Below, one piece after another: positions 35,073 to 44,816 of a stretch of DNA of 64,000 bases (within the stretch, counting starts at the first letter, position 1; every line of letters begins with the position of its first letter). The DNA is from Hadesarchaea archaeon. GTDB lineage: Archaea > Hadarchaeota > Hadarchaeia > Hadarchaeales > Hadarchaeaceae. The stretch lies in the NCBI GenBank assembly GCA_029259175.1, contig JAPDJH010000001.1:64001-128000 (forward strand). Direction: 5' to 3'. The position numbers were made by a program, and so were the translations under genes. Under the pieces are notes generated by a model. That model ran no database searches. It was not told where the DNA came from and worked only from the letters and a program-made list of their open reading frames with translations.

Positions 35073-35773
35073 GCTCTCCCATGGCGGGTTCAGCTCTGTT
35101 CACCATCCCGCACTTCACCTCCGGTACTATCGAGAAGCGTCTGAACCGCTTTGTGGTTCAAATAAAAATCAGAAGCCAGAAGGCGTTCGCTCACATCAAC
35201 AACACCGGACGACTATTGGAAATTCTGCGCCCGGGAGCACGGGCGTTTTGCATCCCTGGTAGGTGGAAACGTACTCGGTATCGGCTCTTCGCCGTGGGGC
35301 CTCGAAACCGTGCAGTGCTCATAGACACTAGACTTCAGATGAGCGCTTTTGAACAAGCACTGAAGCTTGGATTATTACCATGATTGAAAAACGTATTCAT
35401 TCATCAGCGCTCGCCGCATTTATTGGGCTCGACTTTTGATTACCTGATTTGCGATACTCACAAAATTCTTGTAGAAGTAAAGAGCGCAGCGCTAAAGTCA
35501 AACGACTATGCCTTCTACCTCGACTGTCCATCAGCCCGAGCTCGTCGTCAGATAAGCGACATGATTCGCACACCTTATTCAAGAAAAATCATCGTCTTTA
35601 TAGCCACTGTGCCGGGAGTGTGTGCGTTCAGACCAAACAAGAATGCTGATCCGGAACTGTACTACCTTCTCCGAGAGGCCAAAAAACAAGGAATAGAACT
35701 GCGCTGCATCCATGTGGTGTTTTCGCCACCAAGAATCCTCCTACTCAACCCCGATCTGCCAGTCCTGCTCTAG
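35069..35773 (+). pseudogene. sfsA: SfsA DNA/RNA nuclease interrupted by in-frame TGA
   Basis: RLNRFVV, AHINNTGRLLE, VEVKSA, DCPS.R, FRPN..DP in one frame broken only by TGA 35381-35383. Confidence 0.8.
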
Positions 35774-37056
35774 CGTTTCTGAGCTTCCCGCAAATATTCC
35801 TCTGCCAGCTTCAAAGCACAGTACTGCGAACACATGCTACAGGCCTTGGGATCCATCACCGGGGGCCTCCTGCTCCGAATCTCGCGCGCAAGATCGGGGT
35901 CTATCGCCAGTGCAATCTGTCGCGCCCAGTCGAATCTTTTGCGCGCTTCAGATATCTCATTGTCCCACCGGAGATCTCTTCCCTTTGCTACATCTGCCAC
36001 GTGTGCTGCTATCCGCGTTGCGATCACGCCTGCTTTCACGTCTTCCACGCTGGGGAGACCAAGATGCTCGGTGGGCGTCACGTAGCACAAAAAGTCGGCA
36101 CCGGCCCAAGCGGCCAGTGCGCCCCCGATAGCCGCAACAAGGTGATCATAGCCTGGGGCCACATCCGTCACCACTGGTCCCAGCACATAGAAGGGCGCGC
36201 CATCGCACACGGCTTTTTCCAGTCTCACATTCATCTCCACTTGATTTAGTGGCAAGTGACCGGGGCCCTCAACCATTGCCTGAACATTGGCTTTTCGAGC
36301 GCGCTTTACGAGTTCACCGAGAGTGAGCAATTCGTGGAACTGAGCAGCGTCTGATGCATCAGCAAGACAACCAGGGCGCATCCCATCACCCAAGCTGAGG
36401 GTCAGATCGAACTCACGCGCCAACTCTAGGAGATAATCAAACTCTGCATACAATGGATTTTCTCGCCCATGGTGAATCATCCAAGCCGCCAGCAACGAGC
36501 CTCCTCGGCTGACCATCTTCAGCAATCTGCCTTTCCGCCGCAAAGTCTCGACCACATCTCTCGTCACTCCACAGTGTACAGTAACAAAATCTACTCCGTC
36601 CTCGGCGTGCTTGCGAATCGTGTTAAATATGTCATCGCTGCTCATGTCAATCACGTGTCCGCGACGAGCAACCGCTTCTACAGAGGCCTGGTAAACCGGA
36701 ACTGTTCCTATAGGCACCTCCACAGCTTCGAGTATCATGCGCCTAATCTGATCGAGGTCTCCTCCGATACTCAGGTCCATTACTGAATCAGCGCCATAAC
36801 GCACAGCCACGCGCGCTTTCTCCACCTCCTCTTCGGGGTTCACATAATCAGGTGAGGTACCAACGTTCGCGTTAACCTTGACTCTCAATCCCTCTCCTAT
36901 ACCAACAGCACGCCTTTGTCTGCGCACGTTAGAGGGAATTACAATTCTGCCAGCTGCCACGCCCCGTCTAACAAACTCGACAGAAACTCCCTCTGCGCGC
37001 GCCACCTCTTCTATCTGCCGCGTGACTTTTCCGCCCTTGGCCTCCTCCATCAGCAT
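35770..37056 (-). CDS. thiC: Phosphomethylpyrimidine synthase
   Basis: KVNANVGTS, SRGGS, LGDGMRPG, EGPGH, CSMCSQYC. Confidence 0.95.
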   Translation of the reverse strand: MLMEEAKGGKVTRQIEEVARAEGVSVEFVRRGVAAGRIVIPSNVRRQRRAVGIGEGLRVKVNANVGTSPDYVNPEEEVEKARVAVRYGADSVMDLSIGGDLDQIRRMILEAVEVPIGTVPVYQASVEAVARRGHVIDMSSDDIFNTIRKHAEDGVDFVTVHCGVTRDVVETLRRKGRLLKMVSRGGSLLAAWMIHHGRENPLYAEFDYLLELAREFDLTLSLGDGMRPGCLADASDAAQFHELLTLGELVKRARKANVQAMVEGPGHLPLNQVEMNVRLEKAVCDGAPFYVLGPVVTDVAPGYDHLVAAIGGALAAWAGADFLCYVTPTEHLGLPSVEDVKAGVIATRIAAHVADVAKGRDLRWDNEISEARKRFDWARQIALAIDPDLAREIRSRRPPVMDPKACSMCSQYCALKLAEEYLREAQKR

Positions 37057-37102
37057 ATGGGTCCACTACCACCTCTCACACTTTCAAGGTTTAAAACCAC
37101 CC

Positions 37103-38506
37103 CTATCGATACCAGGGCAATCGCTTGTCCAGATAATCAGCGAGGAACTCTCTAAAGCTTCTATTCCGCATTGCTTTGGTTATTTCTCTTCCGACCAACA
37201 ATCTATACCTGCCGGCTTCGATGGATTCGGCAACGTGTTTGCCAAAACCCCGGTGTTCACTGATCACGCGCTTCAAACAACGTACTCCATCCGTCTCAAC
37301 TCTTCTGACCTCGCACACCACCCTTCCCGCTTCATCCACGTAGGGGCCGGCAAGTCTCCTGCGCGAGCCCGAATACTCCCGGAGAAAATCAGTAGCGTCC
37401 ACCGGGATCTGCGGTCCTGGGCGTATCTGAACGGGAGGGAGCCTCGAAATAGAGAGTTCTACTAACACCGCAGCGTTCCGCGAATCTGCCCATACGTCAC
37501 TTCGCAGAATCTCAAATCCCGCCTGTACCACCTCGTTGGAAATTGAACGCTCGGTTTTGCGCAACTGAGGATAAATCACGTCTTCTGGCAGATCATTATG
37601 CCGAAACCATAAACAACACAAGGTTGTCCCTCTCCGTTTGAGCTGGTTCAATAGACTGGCTTGAGTCAGAGAAGGCGGGGAATTCGGGAAGAAGAACTGC
37701 TCACGAGGCTCCTTCAAGAACTCTCTGCACGCCAGCACAAAGATGGCGAAGCTGCGCATCGAAACAGCGGCGGCCACGTTGCGCTTTGGATCCACGGGAT
37801 CCACGACCACGAGCGGCTGGCGCTCAAACAAAACGCGCGGCTCCGCTTCGCTCGGGTAAACGCGCTCGATGTCTATTACTATTCCCGGCTTCCAGCGCGC
37901 TGCGTTTTCCACAAGCTGCTGGAATGACCCGTAATGAATGACCAGCAGCTCGCTAAGATAGCCCGAAAAGCCTTGAATCCGCGCTTCAGCCCCATAAACA
38001 CCAATCCCGCGCAAAAACTGTTTGGTGAGCAACACTTGGTCTGCGAGCTGGGGTGTGAGCCGCTGCTGGACATAACGCTGGTGATGTGGTGTTCTGTCCA
38101 CGGCGCTCTTCAGTTTGCGCGGATCATCGATCCGATAACAAGGAACCAAATCAACTTGGAAGCCCTCGAATTCCATCCGCACATAGGGGTGCTCGGCATA
38201 GTGTTCTCGGCCCGAAGGCCCGGCTACCTCACGAGCGATAGCCAAACCCTGGCGCTCGAGTTCGGCACGCGGCATTTCAGGATCGAAGAGAAGAAAGATA
38301 TCGAGCTCTCGCTCTGATCGCAACCACGTTCCGCGGGCGGCAGAGCCGACAAGCATTGGCTCTGTTTTGACTTTTCGAGAGCGCGCCACCCTTCTAACTT
38401 TGTTCATGACCTGTGTCACTACTCGCTCGAGACGCTGCATATCGGAAGAGGTCGGTTTGATGCGTCTCAATACACGATTCAGCATTGCGACCATTATGCC
38501 TTCCAC
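37103..38506 (-). CDS. cca: Archaeal CCA-adding enzyme
   Basis: VGSAARGTWL..ELDIF, YAEHPY, SAVDRTPHH, GFSGYLSELL, DPVDPKRNVAAA. Confidence 0.95.
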   Translation of the reverse strand: MEGIMVAMLNRVLRRIKPTSSDMQRLERVVTQVMNKVRRVARSRKVKTEPMLVGSAARGTWLRSERELDIFLLFDPEMPRAELERQGLAIAREVAGPSGREHYAEHPYVRMEFEGFQVDLVPCYRIDDPRKLKSAVDRTPHHQRYVQQRLTPQLADQVLLTKQFLRGIGVYGAEARIQGFSGYLSELLVIHYGSFQQLVENAARWKPGIVIDIERVYPSEAEPRVLFERQPLVVVDPVDPKRNVAAAVSMRSFAIFVLACREFLKEPREQFFFPNSPPSLTQASLLNQLKRRGTTLCCLWFRHNDLPEDVIYPQLRKTERSISNEVVQAGFEILRSDVWADSRNAAVLVELSISRLPPVQIRPGPQIPVDATDFLREYSGSRRRLAGPYVDEAGRVVCEVRRVETDGVRCLKRVISEHRGFGKHVAESIEAGRYRLLVGREITKAMRNRSFREFLADYLDKRLPWYR

Positions 38507-38559
38507 GGCAATAGTTAAATATACCCCAAATTAGTGCTAATCGGCTAGAGAGGGTTTCC

Positions 38560-39276
38560 ATGGCGATCGTGCTTAGTCTTGCATCTGTCAAAGGAGGCGT
38601 TGGGAAAACCACGATCGCAGAAAACTTGGCTATCGCGTTGGGAAGAATGGGTCGTCGCGTTTTGCTGATTGATGCTGACATCGCAACATCTGCTCTCAGC
38701 GCCCTGCTGGGTCTGACCGAACGAAATCCTAATCTGCACGACCTGCTCGCGGGCAGAGGGGATCCAAACCGGGCAATCTACGACGCCTACGGGATCCAAG
38801 TACTTCCCTCCGGAGGCACTCTCGGTGGTTTTGTGCGAGCAGATCCCGTGCGTTTGGCCCGTGTGATCGATGTGTACAAGAATAACTATGACTTTCTCAT
38901 AATCGACACGCCTCCGGGAATTACTAAATACTCGCTTGCCCCTCTCAAGATATCTGATAGTATTCTCAGCGTCACTACGCAGGATCCATCTGCAATCGAA
39001 GCCGCTGTAAAACTAGAGGAGGCATGTGCTGCAATGCAACTGAAACTCACTGGTGTTGTTGTAAACCGTGTGCGCAAACCGTCCTTCTTCAAAAAGCTCA
39101 AGTTGTACTCCCGAGCCCAGATCCAGAGCCGGCTGAGAACTCCGATACTTCTGGGGATACCAGAAGACCCCATGGTTATGGAAGCAGCCACCATGAGGAG
39201 ACCCATGCTCTTCTACAAACCTAAAAGTGCTGTTTCAAAGGCTATCTGGGAGCTGGCTCGCAAAATTGGCGGATAA
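38560..39276 (+). CDS. MinD/ParA family ATPase
   Basis: KGGVGKTT deviant Walker A, IDAD, IIDTPPG. Confidence 0.92.
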   Translation: MAIVLSLASVKGGVGKTTIAENLAIALGRMGRRVLLIDADIATSALSALLGLTERNPNLHDLLAGRGDPNRAIYDAYGIQVLPSGGTLGGFVRADPVRLARVIDVYKNNYDFLIIDTPPGITKYSLAPLKISDSILSVTTQDPSAIEAAVKLEEACAAMQLKLTGVVVNRVRKPSFFKKLKLYSRAQIQSRLRTPILLGIPEDPMVMEAATMRRPMLFYKPKSAVSKAIWELARKIGG

Positions 39277-39326
39277 ATCATACGCTTGCCTTTATAGGGG
39301 AGAGAGAAAAATTCTAATCGAGCCCC

Positions 39327-40217
39327 ATGGAGATAATTCCAACAGGAATCGCTTCGCTGGACTCGCTCATCGGAGGGGGATTTCCAGCGGGTTCGCTAGT
39401 TCTGCTCCGCTCGGAGATAGGAGCAGGAAGTAAGGAATTCCTCATGAGCTCAGCCATAATGACTGAAGCCGTCAAGCGCAATCTCATAAAACCGGCGGAA
39501 ACCAATGTGAAAGTACCTAAAGACATGTGGTGGGTCACCTTCACGCGCGCGCCGGATGATATCCTGAACGAAGTTGCAATGAGTTTTGAGCGCGACTTGT
39601 TCGAGCTTTTCCGCGATGGTGTGAAATTCCGTGATTTCTCAGAAGACTATTTCAAAACATCGCCGGTGCCGATCGAATGGGTATCCGATCGGCTGAAAGA
39701 AGCCAGAGAAAAGGCCGCCCTCGAGGGTCTGTCATCTGCCTTCGCCTCCCTCTATCGTGCGACTGCTGCACCTGCAACCAGACCAAAAACTACCCTCGAG
39801 TCTCTGGCCGAGTTTCTTACAGACAATGCCACCGACAACATCGTAGTGTTCTACACTCTCAGCGACTTGGCCCGTTTGTATTCGGACTCCGAGAGCCGCT
39901 GGTACGATTTCACTCTCTTCCTCCGGGGACTCCAAAGAGCGGCGAAACGATGGGGCGGTCTAATCTATCTGCCCCTCACGGCGCGGATTCTGGATGAAAG
40001 ACAAGAAGAGGAGATTTCGGCCTGTGTCGATGGTGCCATCAACTTCCAATGGGAAGCAGCCGGACCAACGCGCAGGCGCCGCGTGATGTACTTCCAGAAG
40101 TTCCGGGGCCTGCTTCCGCGTCTCGACGGTGCAGCGGTCGTCAAATTCGAAATCACTATCACCCCAACATCCGGATTCGAAGTAGCTAGGGCGGAACTCA
40201 TCGAGGGTTTAAGATGA
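39327..40217 (+). CDS. KaiC/RAD55-family ATPase with degenerate Walker A
   Basis: IPTGIASLDSLIGGGFPAGSLVLL, GAGSKEF in place of GxGKT, QKFRG. Confidence 0.85.
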   Translation: MEIIPTGIASLDSLIGGGFPAGSLVLLRSEIGAGSKEFLMSSAIMTEAVKRNLIKPAETNVKVPKDMWWVTFTRAPDDILNEVAMSFERDLFELFRDGVKFRDFSEDYFKTSPVPIEWVSDRLKEAREKAALEGLSSAFASLYRATAAPATRPKTTLESLAEFLTDNATDNIVVFYTLSDLARLYSDSESRWYDFTLFLRGLQRAAKRWGGLIYLPLTARILDERQEEEISACVDGAINFQWEAAGPTRRRRVMYFQKFRGLLPRLDGAAVVKFEITITPTSGFEVARAELIEGLR

Positions 40218-40687
40218 GCTCTCGCGGGATTTCTCCATTCGTAGCTACGGTACTGCTCATCTCTCTAACTATTATCGCAAGTTTGCCCGTGGTAGCATGG
40301 CTCTCTAGCTATTACGCGCCGTTTCGACCCCGATACATCGACTTGGCCGTTTATGCAGGGCTAGTGGATGAAAACATTGTGCGCCTACACATTCACCACA
40401 TAGGAGGAGACAGTGCGCGCTTCGACATAACCGAACCAACTACCAGTGTGATATATGGGTGGGCAATCTCGACTGCTACGGGGATAGAAAATCAGCTCTA
40501 CTGCTGGACGTTCGAGAATCCGTATCGGTTCCGCCAAGGGGACTGGGCATATGCCGAGGCAGCTCTCCGGGGGGCCAACTTGGAGGTAGGAGACAGTGTC
40601 CGGATCATCATCGGGCTATCAAAGGTCGGTGTAATTTTTGATGATGAAGTCACCATCAACGTGCTCACTCAAATACCGGGAGGCTAG
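40214..40687 (+). CDS. Archaeal type IV pilin (Pilin_N type)
   Basis: SRG/ISPFVATVLLISLTI; HIGGD. Confidence 0.85.
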   Translation: MSSRGISPFVATVLLISLTIIASLPVVAWLSSYYAPFRPRYIDLAVYAGLVDENIVRLHIHHIGGDSARFDITEPTTSVIYGWAISTATGIENQLYCWTFENPYRFRQGDWAYAEAALRGANLEVGDSVRIIIGLSKVGVIFDDEVTINVLTQIPGG

Positions 40688-40762
40688 TTTGTCCCAGCAA
40701 AAGCCAAAAAATTGCAGAAACCTTTATAAACGGGCCTGATTAGGCATTACCGAGGTGATGAA

Positions 40763-41452
40763 TTGAAGAGGTTTATGGAAGAGAAGGGGATTTCTCCAAT
40801 CATCGCAACAATCCTATTGATTGCAGTTACAGCTGTGGCTGCTGGAGTCATTGCCGCCTACGTGTCAGGACTTTACGTCACCCCTCCATCCGTCATTGCC
40901 GGAACCGCTGACGGCTACGTGTACGACCGTGACAATAACACTGGAGAAACTAACTATCAGAACGGAAAGGTCGTAATCATCGCAACCCTGACGAGCGGGA
41001 GGCTGAGAGATGTTACTGACCCTGACCGAGGATTTAACATCACGCTCACCAACCCTGAGACTGGGTGGTCGGTAACTCTGACACAAGAGGACCTAACAAC
41101 GCCACAGTCGGACAGACCATACTATTCGGGTAAGGGAGCCACCGTAACGTTCGCAGCCACCCTCGAGGACAACAAGGATAAGCCAAACTATGGATCCATT
41201 GTGACACATGCTAGCGAAACAGCACCAGCTGTGAAAGTGATGATTCCGCTTAGCGCTGGCGACGACTGGCTAGGTGGCTCAGCAATAATTCTGATTGACA
41301 ACTTGGTTGATTCTGGTGTTGAAAATCCAGAGGATCCAGGTTCGGTCTTCTGGGACGAGGAACACACCATTTACATCGAGTTCAGCGGACGAGACTCCCT
41401 GTCCCTCACCGGATACGACGGGGCTTACCTGCTTGGACAGGCGCGACCATAA
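40763..41452 (+). CDS. Archaeal type IV pilin, probable major subunit
   Basis: EKG/ISPIIATILLIAVTAVAAG; TTTATAAA and GAGGTGA upstream; terminator downstream. Confidence 0.88.
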   Translation: MKRFMEEKGISPIIATILLIAVTAVAAGVIAAYVSGLYVTPPSVIAGTADGYVYDRDNNTGETNYQNGKVVIIATLTSGRLRDVTDPDRGFNITLTNPETGWSVTLTQEDLTTPQSDRPYYSGKGATVTFAATLEDNKDKPNYGSIVTHASETAPAVKVMIPLSAGDDWLGGSAIILIDNLVDSGVENPEDPGSVFWDEEHTIYIEFSGRDSLSLTGYDGAYLLGQARP

Positions 41453-41456
41453 AGCC

Positions 41457-41500
41457 GCTAGCTGTAACTAGCCTTTTTTCTGTTTTTTATTTTTTCTTTC
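41457..41500 (+). terminator. Short hairpin plus oligo-T terminator
   Basis: GCTAG-CTGTAA-CTAGC followed by TTTTTTCTGTTTTTTATTTTTTTC. Confidence 0.6.
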
Positions 41501-41532
41501 ATCAACCCCTATAAAAGCGAAAACATAGATTT

Positions 41533-43200
41533 GTGATGGTGTTTGTGCTCTCTCGTGCCGAACGCGGTGTGAGCCCTGTCGTAGGGGCCGTCCTAGTCCT
41601 AGGCATCGTCAGCATGGCGATAGGGATATACGTTCAGCAAGTGGTTCCTGGATATCTGAAAAACAACGAGGCCTCGTTTATGCACGAAGCCCGCGATGCC
41701 TTTCTCCGTCTTCAATCCCTTATCCTGAACCACGAGAGCGGGGAAATCGAATTCCCGATGTCGGCAGATCCCGCACCTCTTTTTTCTCCCACACCACAAC
41801 CGAGCCTGATAGAGGTTCACCCTGCATGCTGGATAAAGCGAATACAGCCCACCGATGATGCTTATGTGGATGAAGGTAGCGCAAACACAAACTATGGAGG
41901 GGCTGAAATCCTCTCAGTCCGCTCCTATCAGTCTGGCAATCGATACGTGTTCTTAAAATTTGATGTGTCCAGCGCGATTCCCGATATTGATCCAAACAGT
42001 TTGGTTGAAGCTTGGCTGGTTCTTTACTGTGAAAACATCTCGAAATTCACAGGGTGGCCGTGGAACGAGCCCCCCTCCAGCTTCCCACAGTATGATGAAT
42101 TCTATCTTCCTGACCTTCCCCTAAAAGTCGAAGCATGTAAGGTCCTAGGCGACTGGGATGAATCTACTATCACGTGGAACAACAAGCCAGAGCTAGGGGA
42201 AACCATAAAAGAATCTGCATGGCCATACGCCGACAACCACACCATCAAAGACAACGAGGCTTGGTTCACGTGGGACGTGACCACCTGGGTGCGAGAACGC
42301 ATGGAAGCCGGCCAGCCGGTGAGCATATGCCTGAAACCTGCGTACGAAAACGCGACTCAGGAACGCTATGCCAATTTCTCAAGTAAAGAACGAGGAGGCC
42401 TTCCCGTAGTCGAGCCACCTGACGTGCCCGATCCCGGAGACAGCTTCAACGGCTATGAAACCGACAAAACCACTGGTCATCCGCCCTATCTCAAACCTCA
42501 CCTGACGCTCATATATGAAAACGGAGACGATCCCGGCCCTCCCGTCTCCGATGAGTGGGGACCCATCCTTGAAGATGGCTACATCCGGATAGAACTCCAC
42601 ACGTACGAGTACCCGGAGCATGACTTTGTCTTCGAATCCGGTGCCGTGCTTCAGCAACAGTGGGGACGCGCAAACACGATCATGATTTCTGATCCTGGGA
42701 TCCTCGCCGGAATGAGTCTAGAAGATAATGATGCAATCGTTGTAGTAGTCAACCGGTACCGGATTGTGAACTGGGATCGAATGGCGTCCACATCCGATGT
42801 GCGGGTGCGCGTGCGAGTGTGGGAAAACACGGATTACCGTATTGAACCGACAGATACGGATGGAGATGGAGACATCGACCCCAATCGGGAAAACCTGCTG
42901 ATAACCATTGTCACACCGTATGAATGGCCATGGAAATACTACCTGCGGGATAAAAGTTCTGAATGGAACTCCATGTACTGGAACGGTGGTCTAGCCGACT
43001 ATGTAGACTACTATTACGACACCTTGTGGACCAAGCCCAACTCGAGCCCTCCATCTGGAAACATCTGCGACTTTCAAGCAAAGCTTTACGTGGATAAAAA
43101 CACACGGCTGTACATATGGGGCCGGATCGAAGACCCGTCTGTAAAAGACATCTACTACTACGACCGCACGTTCGATGTGGAGGTGAAAATCGGTGTATAA
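41533..43200 (+). CDS. Pilin-anchored adhesin with DNRLRE/CBM96-like domain
   Basis: ERG/VSPVVGAVLVLGI; DDAYV..TNYG..FLKFD..WDESTITWNNKP. Confidence 0.8.
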   Translation: MMVFVLSRAERGVSPVVGAVLVLGIVSMAIGIYVQQVVPGYLKNNEASFMHEARDAFLRLQSLILNHESGEIEFPMSADPAPLFSPTPQPSLIEVHPACWIKRIQPTDDAYVDEGSANTNYGGAEILSVRSYQSGNRYVFLKFDVSSAIPDIDPNSLVEAWLVLYCENISKFTGWPWNEPPSSFPQYDEFYLPDLPLKVEACKVLGDWDESTITWNNKPELGETIKESAWPYADNHTIKDNEAWFTWDVTTWVRERMEAGQPVSICLKPAYENATQERYANFSSKERGGLPVVEPPDVPDPGDSFNGYETDKTTGHPPYLKPHLTLIYENGDDPGPPVSDEWGPILEDGYIRIELHTYEYPEHDFVFESGAVLQQQWGRANTIMISDPGILAGMSLEDNDAIVVVVNRYRIVNWDRMASTSDVRVRVRVWENTDYRIEPTDTDGDGDIDPNRENLLITIVTPYEWPWKYYLRDKSSEWNSMYWNGGLADYVDYYYDTLWTKPNSSPPSGNICDFQAKLYVDKNTRLYIWGRIEDPSVKDIYYYDRTFDVEVKIGV

Positions 43201-44335
43201 GACCCTCATGCGTGCTGTGGGTGCTGGGCTGCTCCTCGCGCTGCTCTCCACCGGCCAAGTTGCTGCTTGGGGCCAAGCGGTTCACCACGACCAAGCCACC
43301 GATTTGGCGGAAGCCCTGCGGTCTACCCCGTCCATCCCTCAAGAAATAAGAGAGAAATTTGATACTGACACGATCTACGCTCTCTCGCTAGCCCCTGACG
43401 ACTGGAGGGATGTGACCGACACGTGGGGGACCTACCACTACAACATGACCGAAAACGCCTACTACGAGTTCCAGCGCATACGCGATGCGTGGGCTACTGG
43501 CGATTTCGACAACGCTGTTGCTCGGATTGGAATAGTGCTTCACTACGTGGGGGATGTCGTCTACGAGCCGCACAATAAGGGAATCAGAGACTGGTACGAA
43601 GAGTTCATACCCCCACTGGGGAGCGAGGCTCCTCTGTGGGGCTCAGGAGAGGGGGGTGGAATCTTCCTTCCCAACGAGATTCACCACAACGCCCACTACA
43701 ATCACCAAGTCGCTGAGGCCTACAGCGACTCGGACTCCAACTGGATACCCATCAAGCCCGAGAACTATGGACCAGACGACGATGGGAGCCTCGATTACTT
43801 CCTTAATCTGCTGTGGAAACCCAACACCTGGGACACGGACTACATCGATCCCTCAGACCCCGATTTCGGAGGGACTATTTTCGAGTGGTATATCGCAGCC
43901 TGCAACCCACACATTGATTGGTCCTCGGACGACCGGGAGGACAACCGCTGGTTCTACTGGCTAAAAACCCGCGACCCGACCATTCCGAAGCAGGACATAG
44001 ACAACACCATCCGGATTGTGTACAATGGGGTTTACCGTGCAATCCGGGATGGAGAGCGAACTAGGCTCGGCAATCCGTCTAATTTCGATACGGAAATCTG
44101 GCCATGGCCCACGGCCTCTCAATGGCTGAGCGTTGATGAGAGCTGGTATGGAGAGGGAATGGACACCATGCGGTACGCACACGGTATCTCGGGGGGAACA
44201 GAGCCGGCAACCGCTCAGAACACTCGAATGCCACTAAGTTCGCTCGCAGAATACTTGGAGATAGGAGGAGCTGTTCTTATCTCCATAGGACTTGCACTGT
44301 GGCAGGTAGAAAAACGGAAGGGGAGGAGAAAATGA
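43193..44335 (+). CDS. Secreted, C-terminally anchored Zn-dependent phospholipase C / S1-P1 nuclease fold protein
   Basis: Signal peptide then W(GQAV)H, PD, HY, G..LHYVGD...PH, H..E Zn-ligand pattern; C-terminal TM plus basic tail. Confidence 0.7.
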   Translation: MYKTLMRAVGAGLLLALLSTGQVAAWGQAVHHDQATDLAEALRSTPSIPQEIREKFDTDTIYALSLAPDDWRDVTDTWGTYHYNMTENAYYEFQRIRDAWATGDFDNAVARIGIVLHYVGDVVYEPHNKGIRDWYEEFIPPLGSEAPLWGSGEGGGIFLPNEIHHNAHYNHQVAEAYSDSDSNWIPIKPENYGPDDDGSLDYFLNLLWKPNTWDTDYIDPSDPDFGGTIFEWYIAACNPHIDWSSDDREDNRWFYWLKTRDPTIPKQDIDNTIRIVYNGVYRAIRDGERTRLGNPSNFDTEIWPWPTASQWLSVDESWYGEGMDTMRYAHGISGGTEPATAQNTRMPLSSLAEYLEIGGAVLISIGLALWQVEKRKGRRK

Positions 44336-44805
44336 AAGAAGAGAAAGGCGTCTCGGTAATAGTCGGGGAAGTGCTCCTAGTGGGGATAATAGTGGCCGTT
44401 CTTTCTCTAATGGCTATGCAAATAATCGGCTCGTCGGCTCCCCAAGCGAGAACTTTGGATTTGGAGATAATCGTGGAAAACGCAGAACCTACCCCGGCCA
44501 ACAATTTGCGAGTAATCATATACCATCTCGGAGGAGATGCTCTCGGCATACCGGAAAAAGATGGTGACGAGTTCGGGGTGATCATAGGACATTTCGGGGC
44601 CAATTCTTGGGAAAACGAAGTCGCATGGAACAGCTGGACATTCTCAGAGCCGGAGGACGGATTCGAAATAGGAGAAAACGCGGTTGGATACGTGTCGTAC
44701 GTGGGAGCGAACGCAAACATAGGGGACACGGTATGGGTGACAGTAGTAGATTACAAAGCGGATAAAATCATTTACCACGACACGACCACCATCCAATCGG
44801 GCTGA
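44332..44805 (+). CDS. Archaeal type IV pilin (Pilin_N type)
   Basis: EKG/VSVIVGEVLLVGIIV; HLGGD. Confidence 0.85.
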   Translation: MKEEKGVSVIVGEVLLVGIIVAVLSLMAMQIIGSSAPQARTLDLEIIVENAEPTPANNLRVIIYHLGGDALGIPEKDGDEFGVIIGHFGANSWENEVAWNSWTFSEPEDGFEIGENAVGYVSYVGANANIGDTVWVTVVDYKADKIIYHDTTTIQSG

Positions 44806-44816
44806 GGAGGGAGGAC

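Noticed and set aside
35381-35383. Selenocysteine recoding of the sfsA TGA
   Set aside because: Position is not a Cys-type site as far as I recall and no SECIS-like hairpin was seen
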